In this document: positions 13,625-25,427 of the stretch, piece after piece
Numbering within the stretch: position 1 is the first letter of the stretch
How the letters are laid out: each line of letters starts with the position of its first letter
DNA from: Vicugna vicugna
Lineage: Eukaryota
Length of the DNA stretch: 64,000 nt
Reading direction: 5' to 3'
Assembly: GCA_013265495.1 (NCBI GenBank)
Contig: MU059829.1
Location: 3,720,001 to 3,784,000 of the forward strand
Translations under genes and position numbers: made by a program
The notes under the pieces: generated by a model
The model's input: only the letters and a program-made list of their open reading frames with translations
Told to the model about the DNA's origin: nothing
The model's database searches: none

Positions 13625-13830
13625 GTGATCAATCAGGGCCTGACGGTCTGCATCCCCCTGAAATCCATGTGCTGGATCCTAACGCCCAGCCTGACGGGGC
13701 CTGGGGTGGGGGCTTTAGGGGGTGACGAGCCCCCAAGAACGGGATTAGTGCCCTTGTAACAGAAACCCCCACGAGCACCCTCTCCCCGTCTTCCACGTGG
13801 GGACGCGGTGACAAGGCAAGGGTCAAGGAA
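13625..13830 (+). mobile_element. MaLR LTR fragment (MLT1-like)
   Basis: ccccctgaaatccatgtgctggatcctaacgcccag...gggattagtgcccttgtaa resembles the MLT1 5' half. Confidence 0.55.
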
Positions 13831-14669
13831 CCGGGAACCGAGAGTCTTAACGCCTAGTGTGTGTAAGCCGCCCCGTCCGCGGTTTCTGCAGACCAGCCGG
13901 AGCCACTCGGCTCAGCCACTCCCTCGGCAAATATCTGAGTGCGTTTCGGGCACCCACACTGGCCCGGGAATCGTGCGGACAGTGGAAGACTAACCAGGTG
14001 CCTGCTCCGGTTCACAGCAGCCGGGAGTGGGGAGGGGACGCACAGCTGGTCGGTTTGGAAGGCCCAGCGGTCACAGTCTTGGAACATGAATTGCCAGAGT
14101 CAAGGAACCATGGGAAAGGTGACACCGGCAAACCTCACTGAGCCCAACCTCTGTTTTTATTTAAAAAGCAAACCAGATGGGGCGCCCAGACGTCCACCCT
14201 GCACACACAGGAGACCCCGCCCGCCCAGTTCCCCATTCTGAGCTCCCCCTGCCGAAAGCAAGCAGACTTTCCAGGAGTGTGTGAGTCAATTTATAACACA
14301 TTTTGTTTTCAAAGCAGAGCACGTGAAAGCGAAGACGAAGGCCCTGCCTGGGATATCCTGTGAGCACAAGAGCGCAGCCGGAGACAGCGCGGCCTGGGAA
14401 GTGGCCTCCCTCTTTTATGTTTATTCTCTGCAAGATTTTCTCAATCCTTTGAATAGACTCTAATGAGAAATGCATCGTTTTTAACTTCTGACTTCTTTCA
14501 GCTTCATTTGAAAAGACTAACTGAAAAGGATCAAGTCCTTTTAAATAGTGTGTTTGTGTCCATACGATTTTGCTTTCTTAACCACACCATGCAAGGTGTC
14601 AGAGCCTCCCAAAAATGCAGATCAGTGCTTTCGGTTGCTTAAATTTTTTTCATCTGTGGAACACATTGA

Positions 14670-14900
14670 GAATATTTCCATTTCCATAATTGATCGATTT
14701 ACTCATTAATGTCCCATTAAATAAATGCGTTCTGATCGATTTGTTTAGAAAACGTCAATAACCACTTGAGGATGTCCAGATCCGCCAGGTGCCACAACGG
14801 TGCTTCACAGCCATAAACCATTCAGCCCCAGCCACAATGGGGATGTTTCATTTCCATAATTGATCAGGGCGTTGATTCATCTCAAATCAAATCAATGGAT
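14670..14900. promoter_or_regulatory. Candidate enhancer: AT-rich block with repeated ONECUT/CUX and homeodomain motifs
   Basis: CATTTCCATAATTGATC twice (14679-14695, 14849-14865); TGATCGATTT twice (14691-14700, 14733-14742); AAATCAAT at 14889-14896. Confidence 0.4.
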
Positions 14901-17900
14901 TTGTAGAAGGTTTAGAAAGACTGAGCTGCAAAGAGTGACTTCGAAATCAACAAAGGACTTGTTTATTCATTGAAATACAACATAAAAAGTCTCACAAAAT
15001 GATAATGGAAAGAGAATATAAGACCGAGGAACCCCGTCTCTGTGACTCCGGTTCTGCGTCTGCACACGACGCACAGAAAAGATTTCGATTATTTCAACTT
15101 CTCACACCCATTTCGAAAATGCTAGTAAAATAAACACCTGCAAACATGTATTTTAAAGAGCTGATTTAGGAAGACCGAGGAGAAGAGTGAACGTGTAGAA
15201 ATCTAGGCAATCATTTTATGTTCAGCACAACAGGACAGTACTGGCCAGCCCAGGAGGAGGGGAAGGCCGCACTGTAAATTCGAACTTCAGTCCTTTCGGA
15301 CCTGCAGAATTATGTCTCATCATCTCCTGTTTATTAAAAAATCTGAGGTTTTTCTTTCTCCAAGTGTTAGTAAAATGTTTTTAAATTTGCTCTGCAATAT
15401 GCCTGTAGGTGAAGGAAAAGACAGACCAGGACCCTCGGTGTGTTGGTCACGTGCCAAATGAGGGCGAGTCTTTGAGAAACAACGGCCCAAGGCTGCGGCC
15501 TCCTGCAAGGATTTTCCACAGGACTGTGCCCATTCTGCTTCTACAGCTGCGAGAAATTCCAAACGCACAGAAGTTTTCCCTGAAACCCTCCACGCCATCA
15601 GGAGGAGGGGCCAGGATTCGCCCGCACAGCAGGTCACAAGTGGCGCTTCAAGTTGTGGAGACACCTGCCACCTCGTCTTCGCTCATTCTCAAAATGACAC
15701 AATATTGGCTAAAAGGGTCAACCACCCCCACTATACACAGTGCAAAATGATTTAAATTGGGAAGAGGGACTTCCTCTCAAGACGGAGGATAGAAGGAGCC
15801 AGAGCGCACCACGCGTCACAGATGCGCCAAGGCCGCGACTCACTGCAGAACAACCAGCGATAAGAAAGGACTGGAAAGTACCGGAAAGAATCTTCTGCGG
15901 CTAAGCTGGGAAGAGTCACCCCTGAGTGCAGCGTCATAATTACCTGCAATACACCCACAGGGAGACCTGTCCTGCAGTGGAGACTCAAATGTGCTCATTT
16001 CCAGCTGAATCCTAAAGAGATTCCGGTGCCGTGATCTGAACTTTTTATTTCAAAATTTAAACAACTGTCTGCTTTTCTAGAATCTGGAGTCAAAACGATA
16101 ATGAACCAGGAATCAGAGAGCCTCACAGGTTCAGGACACAAAGCCAGAGAAAACCTGTGTCTTTTAAGAAAAGTGTCGGCGGCCGTCCCCCTTGACAGTG
16201 GCCGCCCTGAGCGGCGGCGCCCTGGCCTCCTCTTCTGCCGACGGCCAGGTCGGAGGCACTCCGTGGCGGTGGCCCTCCCTGAGCTGTCCTCCTCACCGTC
16301 CCCGACAGACGAGCCTGTGGGATTTCTCTCAGGAGGAGCCTTTCCCAATAGGCTTTAGTTGCCTCACAACTGGACTTACAGCCTTTTCAGTCCCCCACAG
16401 TTTGGGGTAGAAGTTGTCGCCGCGCGATGCCTCTCCCTGCCTGTGTGGCGCCGCGCTGGCTCGCTGGGGAAGCAGAGGCAGTGTTGCTGGCGGAGCGCCC
16501 CAGCGGCGCCCCGCTGCAGGTCGCCGGCTCAGGCGATGCCGTGTGCCCCGGGGCCGGATACAGAGGGGGAGTTTCAAGGTTTCATGCGCTGCCCACCTCC
16601 AAACTGTCAGCTATCCTGATGTCAGTCTATTTCAATTTTTGTTCCTTCTGAGACACTTTGCTTCCAAACCGCTGTACTTAACGTAAAAGAGGGGAGAGAA
16701 GAGGGTGTATTGAGGGAACACAATGCAAATAATTCAAAAGTGAGTGGTTATAAAGTCAGCGGCCACGGAATGGGGAGACGCCCCCCCACCCCCGTCCATC
16801 CCCCAGCACACAGGCTCCTCCCTCGAATCTTTGACATCTGTTGCTTCTTATCCCGCGTCACAGATTAACAGCAAGAGAAGTCACGAATAAACGTCACCCG
16901 CGAATGTGAAAATTCGCCTCCTGGCGCTTCTGTAGCTTCTGTCGTCTCGTCTCGTTGCTGGAAATGCGTGCTTGTCCTCAGTTTGTCCTGCGTAAACGTG
17001 CGGGTCTCGCCAAGTCGCATTCTGTGACAGGAACAGCATCCCTTACTTGAAAGTGTAGGTAAATGCATCGTTATTTCATGGTCTCCAGCAAAAAGCAGCT
17101 CTTTTCCAGTTACGCGGCTTCTTGGGTCTAAAGAAGATGCTGATGGATTCCCACCCTTTCCCTCCGCAGTTGGAGGAAACGTGCCCCCCGGTGGCCACAT
17201 CGCCATCACTGCACACCCCTTCAGGCGGGGCTGGGGTCCTTCTCAAGTTCTAGGCACTGAGCCGGCTCTCAAACACGGACGCGGAATGCAGCACGCTCCA
17301 TACGGCCCTGTGGCTCTTCTAGTCTGGGGGCGGGGGCTGCGTTTGAAACAACATCAAACAGGGTTTGGAAGCTTCTCTGTCAATTGTCTTTCGAGTGTGG
17401 CTTAATTATATTCACTCATGACTCCATAATTTGATGAGAAGTGTAGACTATCTGGGAATTTCGTCTTCTGCTAAGAAGAGTTAGTAAATCAGCAGCTGGT
17501 CTCAGCCGGGAGAGGGACAGGGCCCAGTCTGGAGAGCCCACAGCCGAAGAGGGAATTTCCACAACTCTTTGGCTTTGCTTCTGCTCTTTCTCCAACCCAC
17601 TTCCAGCTGTTCCAAGGCTGCGCCTCTGTCACCTCCTCCGTGAGGCCGCTGTCAGCAGACCCAGGGTCTGAGTTCAGAGCTACTCCGTGCTGGGGGTGGG
17701 GGTGCGGCAGAGGGAGAGCCTCGCCTACGTGGGCCGTGGGCAGTCGTGCAAAATCACCTCCGTTTCAAGAACAGAAAGTGTTCTCAAGGACCAGCCTATC
17801 CCTTTCCTCCCACGCCAGCCACCTCCTTCCCACCCTGCACCAGACGCCTGTGACATGGAAGGTCCGAAAGCCTAAACCCCACTCAGCAGCCCCACGCCAG

Positions 17901-20900
17901 ACACGTATGTTAAGCAGAAGAGTGGACCGTGAGCCTGACACCCTCCCCGGTGGTGAAACTGGGGAATCCGGGGCTGGGCTTCCCCGGGGACAACCCCCAG
18001 GCTGACCCAACGCAGGCAGATGTGCGGAAAGACAGACGCGGTCCATTGCACCCCGGGGCGGGTATTATCCGCACGAACTGCGCCAGTTTCAAGGGGAAAT
18101 TCAGGCAATTTCCTACAGGTTTATTACACTTCAAGCTCTGACCTTGAAGGAGTGTTTCCACACCACTAAGCAGCTAACCTGTTAGCCTGCACTTCCCTCA
18201 ATGACTCGGGGGCAGCCTGACAACGCCTGCCAAATCCCTCGACGTCGTCATCATCATCGGAACTCCTGCAGCTCGGCGGAGCTGTGTTGGCGCCTCCCTC
18301 TGCGGCTGGCGTCCGTGTTAAATTAGCTCCATGGCCGTTGCGATCACTCACAGATGTTTCAGTTTCAGTCTAGGAAGAGATTAACTTGTTCGCAGTGATG
18401 TCACAGATCCACTGCCCGAGAAGGGTGACTTCAGAAGTGCGAGGGGAAAGGCTTAAAATGAGTGTTCAATGGTTTGGCCCAGAGCCTGGCCAACCTCCTC
18501 CCCTATGCTCGATGCCTTCACGGGAGCAAAGTAATCTGCTGGGAGGGGCTCCTGATTCTTCAGGCGCACGTCCTAGGTGCGGGGTTAGCATCCTGCCGCT
18601 CTGGGGAATGTGATGGTGTCACAGTCCCATTTTGTAAGGGATAAAGGCAGCCTGACTGACAGCGTGATTTCCATGTTTTCCAGAGGCAAGGAAATCCCAG
18701 CGCCGACCGCAGCCTCCGTCCCTCAGAGCTGTCGGGCAGAAGCGTTTGTCAAGGCGCTCACCTCTGAAACAGACATGATTGCTGGGAAATTGAGGTCACA
18801 CCTGCTGAAATTGCCAGTGGATGTGCACCCTGCGAGGAGTGTCATTAAAGCGGTGAGGAGGCGGGGAAGCTGGAGTCACGCTCAGGTGGGAAGCACCACC
18901 CGGCAGGAATCCGAGGCCTCTGCATGCAAAGCGTTGAGCACAGCACCTAAGTTCTTTTCATTATTAAATATGTAAAACAGTAGGTTGTTGAAAGAAGAAA
19001 TATACCAAGAGACAATTTTAAAAGGGAGAAAACAGTGAGGCTCAAAACACTTTGATGCAACCCAGATCCATCTTTTGTCCTCGACACCAAGGTGTGTTTT
19101 GTTTTCAGCTTCACTGTTTTTATTACAGTAAGAGGAATTTTGCTCTGAATGCACAGAATTTGAAGAATAATTTACATAAGCTTTTTAAAGAGGCCCTTTT
19201 GACAATTATTAATACAAATGTGAAATAAGACCCTTCAAACAAATACCAGTTTCAGGAGCAGCTGATACACAGTGTCATTTATTCTGAAACGTTCGTTTAG
19301 TTTCTGTTGAGACACAACTCATGTCCCATCAGTAAAAGAGCAGCTGTCTGGCTCCAACACCAGCACACACAGCAAAGCAGCACAGCGAAGCTTCTGCGTC
19401 CAGGCCAGTCTGGTCCAGGGAAGAGTTTCACTCAGTGTTTTACAGTCAGGCAGCTTCTTTGTTTCGAGCACAAACCAGTGTGAACTGCTGCACTGTAGCT
19501 ACATGCACATCGTGTGACCACAGGACTGCTGACCGTTCGTTCTGAGACTGAACCATCGGCTTCGTTCACGCAGTGAAGCGAAGCAGGCTGGGCAGACTTC
19601 ATCAGGAACCATTTTCCTGTGAATTCCAGAGCCACACGATTAACTGGGACGTCAGATGGACTCACAAGGCCTGGAACAGAAAGGCTTTTTGCACTTTCGA
19701 CCTTGTTGGTGATATTTAAGCTCCGTATCTACACAGCTGCCCTTTCCAGTTTATGATGTCTGTGCTGAGCTGTGCCCACTGAAGGGGACACAGGTCTCAG
19801 ACCGTGTGGTTCAGCAATCCCGATGCCCCCGCGAACCGCCTCCCCAGCCCCATGCACCATCGTCGGGAAGTGGCCCGAGCCCGCTGCCCTGTGGGTCTCC
19901 AAACAAGTCTTACCTGGAAATGGAAAATGCCCGAGGCCCCGTGGACCTGGCAAAGCGCTTGAGTCCCTTAGGGCGAGGGAGAGGAGGGGAGAGGCCCAGG
20001 GTTTACACAGGGCAGCAGCCCAGCGGTGCTTTCCACCAAGTTCCGGGGTGAAGACGGGGTTTGATATATTCTGGATCCAAAAGAAGAAACTGCACCTGGC
20101 AGGGACGACAAACCAGCGCGAGCCGGGTAACAGCCGCGACCAGGGCACAAGCTTTGGCCAGACCCTCAAGCCGGCGTCAGAGGCAGACGGGCAGTTCTGA
20201 GCGCTCAGAGGGGCCAGCGGCTCGCCGAGGCCCCCGAGGCCCCGCGGGCCCGACTGCACCAGGGTTTGTCCTGGGTTTTCCAAAAAGCCAGGCCCGTCGA
20301 GGGTGAAGGGACTGATTGAAACCCCGCCACCTGTCTCCACCCTTTCCCCACCTCCTGTGCAGCGCCTTTGGGAAACTTTCACTGGTGAATCTTAAAGCCC
20401 CAGAAAGGCGCTAAGTAAAGAAAATGGAGCCTCTTCCCCACATTTTGCTGATTTCATGTTATTTAACACGTAAGAGCTTGGTAGGCGTCCCATTGTCTTC
20501 ACTTCTGGGAGCACCGTGGCCCAGCAGCCAACGCCGTGGGTGTGTGTAAGTCAGACCCTGCTGTCCATCAGGCGCACGCCCACACGCCACCGCGAGGTCC
20601 TGGGTGGCAGCTTCAGCCACAGGAGCGAAGGAGAACTTTCGACAGAGTGTCTTGGATCTTTCCTTTGCCCTCCATGCGGACGGATGATTTTACCTTTCCG
20701 AGTCAGAGCAGCGGAGAACTTACAACCATCTTCAGTCCCATCCTAAAGAGCCCCCGGCTGTCACGGGAGAACACTGCACACTAAGTACACTTCCTGCAGC
20801 TCACAGCTTGTATCGAGCGCACAGTAGGGACTCAATCCCTTTCTGTTTAATTGAATTCGGGGAAAAAATGGTTATCGTCTCCATCAGCCCTGTGTACTCC

Positions 20901-22023
20901 TTCAGCGTCTCACTGCAAAGATCGCCTGTAAACAGGAAGAGAGGTGGTACCGTTGAGAATGTTAAAAAGCTGTCTTGAGAGGTAATTCATGGTTATTTCT
21001 GCAAATAACAGATGTGATGCTGTTCAGATTTGGCTGAAATGACATCCTGTGAATCATGGATGTGATTTGTGTGCTATGATCTGCCCACCTGTGAATCACA
21101 CAGTGGGATTTTTCCTGTCCTTGCTCCGTGCTCAGAAAATGAGCATGAATCTCAGAGGAGTAGCAAGCACAGTGTGATGGAGAGATCGATGCATATTCAT
21201 GAAAGGAAAGAATAAACAGGAGGGGAATGGGTAAACATACGGCGAAAAAATGCAGAAGGCACCGATCGTGCGTCCACAAGCACGGGGCCAGCGGGTGACT
21301 GCGCAGAGGTGCCCTTATGTAGTGTCTTGTTTTCAACTTCATAATTGGCTGCTTTTTTTCTTGTTTGTTTGGACTGTGAAAAAATCGTTATGCTCAATAA
21401 TTCCTGGTGGATGGATTAGGACGATGAACCCTAACCCTTATGCCACTAAACCTGAGACACACAGTGTCTGTCCACGTACAGGCGTGTGTGTGGGTTTTGC
21501 TCCTTTTTTATTTTTAGTGCAATCTTGTATGTGTAACAATACTCTGCACGCTTCTTTTCCTTTTAGCCTCCTATTGTCAGGCAGCCCTATATTTTTATCT
21601 CCAAATTTCTTCGCACGCCCACACGGGCATGAACACAATTTTATACTGATGAATTCTGCTGCACATGCTGTACTTTTTATGCATTTTTGTTTGCCTTTTC
21701 TCTCCCCTTCTAACCCCTAAATCCACCGGCAGGTTCCCTGACCGCCGCCCATCGCACACTGACCCAGCTCCTCCAGGAAACTCGCTCGGTCAGCAGCCTG
21801 CCCTGTGTCTGTGCACCGTGTTACTGAGGTGCTCCAGTCATTGTTTTTCTGTAACTTCCCAGTGCAGTGTTCTAATCAGCAGCGGATCTTTGACAATGAG
21901 CCACATTTTGGCGATGGTGGCCTGTCCCGTGCCCTGCTTCTCGCTCGAAGGGACCCCCATGCTGAATGCCTTGCTCCATCACCCTCATTCGCTCTTTCAC
22001 ATACTTACTGGCATCTTTTCCTG

Positions 22024-22365
22024 ATGTTACGGGTTGAATTGGTTCCCCCCCAAGTTGAATAGGTACCCCCCAATGTGACTGGATGCCTGGACTTGGAGAT
22101 GGGGCTTTTAAGGGGGTGATTAAGGTTACATGGGGCCCCCCATTCAGTGGGACGGGTGTTCTCATAAAAAAAGGAGGCGACATCAGGGCGGCACGTGCGA
22201 GGAAGGGGAGCAGGCGGGCGTCGGCACCACGGGGAGGGGCGTCTCAGGGGACGCCGCCCTGCGGCACTCGGCCCGGACTCCGGCCTCCAGGAGCCGAGAA
22301 GCGCCTTCACGCCAGCCGCCTGGTCCGTGGCGCTCTGTGACGGCGGCGAGCCGACCGAGGCGGCA
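22024..22365 (+). mobile_element. MaLR solo LTR (MLT1A/B-like)
   Basis: Starts tgttacgggttgaattggttcccccc; internal ttggagatggggcttttaagggggtgattaaggtt and ggactccggcctccagga. Confidence 0.75.
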
Positions 22366-23494
22366 GAGGCGTGGGAGTGGGTCCTGCAAAGGCACCTCGT
22401 GTTTGCCACGGTATTTGTGTTTGAAGTGCCCTGCTGAGCAGCCCTTCGGGGACTCCCTGTTTCCCAGCGTCAGGGGGCGGCCTCCCCAGGGTCGCCCCGC
22501 ACCCCGGCCACCGTGAACCCAGCTGCTCCCGCGATGAGCTCTTGTGCTGCCCACGATTTCCGCCTCTGATCCGTGTGTTCGTCCTCAAGCCGGTGCCAGA
22601 CTGGCGGGCGACGCTGCCTCTGCGGCGCGTTCTTACGCTTTCCCGGGGCGAGGCGCTGCCGGAGCAGGCCCCGCCCACCCGCTGGGCGTCCCCGCGGGGC
22701 AGGTGGGTCCTCCCCGCGCACAGCGCCCTCCCTTCCCCCGCACGGCCGCCCGGGGCCTCCCGGCCTCCGCCCACCCAGCGCGGAGCTGCTGCGGCCTGGG
22801 TGCCCAGATGCGTCCCTGGATTCCACGCCCCTTCCAGCCCCTTGGCTGTCCCCGGGGCCCTGAGGCTCTGCCTGGGCAACGGACGCCCTGCTGACCCTCA
22901 GGCGTGCGCCACCCCTTCAGAGCCAGCCTGCAGGTGGCGGGTGGGCGCGAAGGGGACCTGCTGCTCCATTTCTCACCTGGTGAGCTCCGGGTCAGCAGCC
23001 CTTTCCCAGAAGGTGACGTGTTTTAAACGTTCTCGGTGGTTCAGTTAGGCAATGGGAACAAAGCCAAAGGCACGGACACGCTGGGCACACGAGCCTAGCA
23101 GGGGCTTATGGTCCCCGCAGCCAGAGAACAGCCCTGCGGGAGCCCAGGCTCCGCCCCGCCTCCGGCACCGCAGGTGCGCCGTGCCCGCCCATCTGTGCCC
23201 GCTCCGCGCACCCGCAAGTTGGCAGCTGGGCTCTCGGACTGACCCCTCACCAAGCGACAGGCAGAGGGCTGACATCCTAAAATGCAGGTCTTGGCAGTAC
23301 TTAGAAAACCCTTTGTCTGCCTGATCCTCACTAGACATGAAAAATCCCGAGAACCCGTTGACAAGGAGTCTTTCGAAAAGTCCCATAGACAGGACCAGAG
23401 CTGAGCGCCCCTGATGGCGGGTCGGGGGGGTGCCAGGGCACTGGTGACGCGGTGGGTCCTGTGGCCCCTGAGTGGAGCTCGGCTTGAGGACTGC

Positions 23495-23550
23495 TGGTCC
23501 CACTTTTACAGAGGAGGAAACCGAAGCCCAGAAGCGTGTAGCTAGTCTGT
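23495..23550 (-). mobile_element. MIR fragment
   Basis: cccacttttacagaggaggaaaccgaagcccaga resembles the MIR core (cccattttacagatgaggaaactgaggc). Confidence 0.45.
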
Positions 23551-24639
23551 GTAGAGCCAGGACAGAATTCTGGGCTCCTCCCCCGTGCTCTGTGTCAACC
23601 ACTTTTTTACAGCAATATATTAAAAGTAATGAAAGAAACAGACTAACATCCTTAACAAAATAAAAGCAGATAAATTAATGTGGCTGGCGAGTGGGAGTTG
23701 GAGTGGGGAGTGATCAAGACGAATTGGAAGATGCTGCTTTGGGCGCCGTGGGCTGAATTGACTGGTTGCCTTGATTTTCATCCTTAATGTACCCCTTTAA
23801 TGTACGTCTTTTATATGCCCCTTTTGTTTAAAAATATCATCATAATTCTATAGATAAAATGATGTTTAAACGGTTTCTCATTCACTTTAAGCTGGAGATA
23901 AAAGAGATGGTTATATGTAATCCTTTGTCCCATTTATTATTTCGCTGTACATCGATGGGGCAATTAAAATTTAAAAAAAAAAGTAGAGACCACAGAGTTA
24001 ACCATGTCTGTTCACTAGAAAACAGACGGTGCTGGGAGGTCCTAATGCCTCCCGGCAGCTTCCTCTCCCCAGTATCCCCCATGAGAAAGTCTTGAAAAAT
24101 CGAGGACCAGGACCACCACTGAGAAAACGGTCAAGGACAGACCTGGGTGAGCACAGCGCCCCGATGACCCAACGACTCCTCCAGTTCCGTTGCTCCGCCC
24201 CCACCTGATGGCTCTGCAGAATCATGCGCTTCGTGTGAAAGATTCCAAAGCTGTAATTTACTGCTCTGAAAAATGAGGGAGGCTGCCGGCTTTGACATGC
24301 CTCTGTGAAACATGGAATATTTAAAATTCATACCCCAAGCTTAATATATAGATAGATCACATATTTTTATGACTTCACTGATGCAATAAGAGCCTGGTAA
24401 TATCTCACAAGGTGTGTTTTATTCCTTCTAATGTGTATCATGTGAAGATTAAGAGGCTATATTATTGCCTTCAAAATGACCTGCTATTTCCTGGAAACAG
24501 TACTTTGCCGGACCTGTCCTTGTCACTGGGGTAAGTGCAATGCCTTTAATAATCCTCCATTCACTAGGTGATGTGTTTGCATCACAAAGGACAGATCCGG
24601 TTTGGCCAGGCAGGCAGAGGCTCAGGACCTGTTCTCCGA

Positions 24640-24653
24640 GTGCCATCTAGCGG
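24640..24653 (-). promoter_or_regulatory. CTCF consensus site (reverse)
   Basis: Reverse complement CCGCTAGATGGCAC fits the CTCF core CCRSYAGRKGGCRS; binding not shown. Confidence 0.5.
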
Positions 24654-24885
24654 TTTCCCGGGGCCCTGAGCACAGGAAGCCAGTTTGGGGGACCTTCTCC
24701 ACATTCACTAATTTAGCATGAAGAGTTTTTTCTCAAGGCTGAGAATTAATATATCTAAGAGCATGATTATCACGTAACTTCACTTCAAGCAGGAGCCGCG
24801 GGAAACTCAGCCGCCAAGGCTCATTTGAACTTAAAACCCAAAGCCACTGAGAAGCTGGCCTCGGAAAGGCTGTTATACTGAGTCC

Positions 24886-25427
24886 TTTTTTTTTAACTGA
24901 AGTATAGTTGCTTTACAATGTCATGTTAGTTTCTGGTGTACAGCAGAGTGATTCACTTGTACGTATATATATTCATTTTCATATTCCTTTTCACTACAGG
25001 TTATTACAAGATACTGAATATAGTTCCCTGTGCTCTACAGCAGGACCTTGCTGTTTACCTAGTTTATATATAACAGTGTGCATCTGTTAATCCCCAACTC
25101 CCCATTTATCCCTCCCCGCCCTTTCCCCCCTGGTAACCATAAGTTTGTTTTCTATGTCTGTGACTCTATTTGTTTTGTAAATAAGTTCACTTGTGTCCTT
25201 TTTTTAGATTTCACACAGAAGTGATGTCATGTGATATTTGTCTTTCTGTCTGACTTACTTTACTTAGTATGAGGATCTTCAATTCCATCCATGTTCTGCA
25301 AATGGCATTACTTCGTTCTTTTTGTGGCTGAGTAGTATTCCGTTGTGTCTGTATCTGTCTATCTATTTTCATCTTCACTATCCATTCTTCTGTCGATGGA
25401 CATTGGTTGCTTCCAGATCTTGGCTGT
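24886..25427 (-). mobile_element. 5'-truncated L1 (cetartiodactyl 3' end) with target-site duplication
   Basis: Poly-T then ctgaagtatagttgctttacaat..., through to gatggacattggttgcttccagatcttggctg. Flanked by TTATACTGAGT(C/T)C at 24873-24885 and 25428-25440. Confidence 0.9.

Noticed and set aside
21427-21440. Telomere-like AACCCTAACCCT
   Set aside because: Only about two units; not evidence of an interstitial telomere.
23403-23417. CTCF-like CCATCAGGGGCGCTC on the - strand
   Set aside because: One G short of the core spacing and mismatched at another position.
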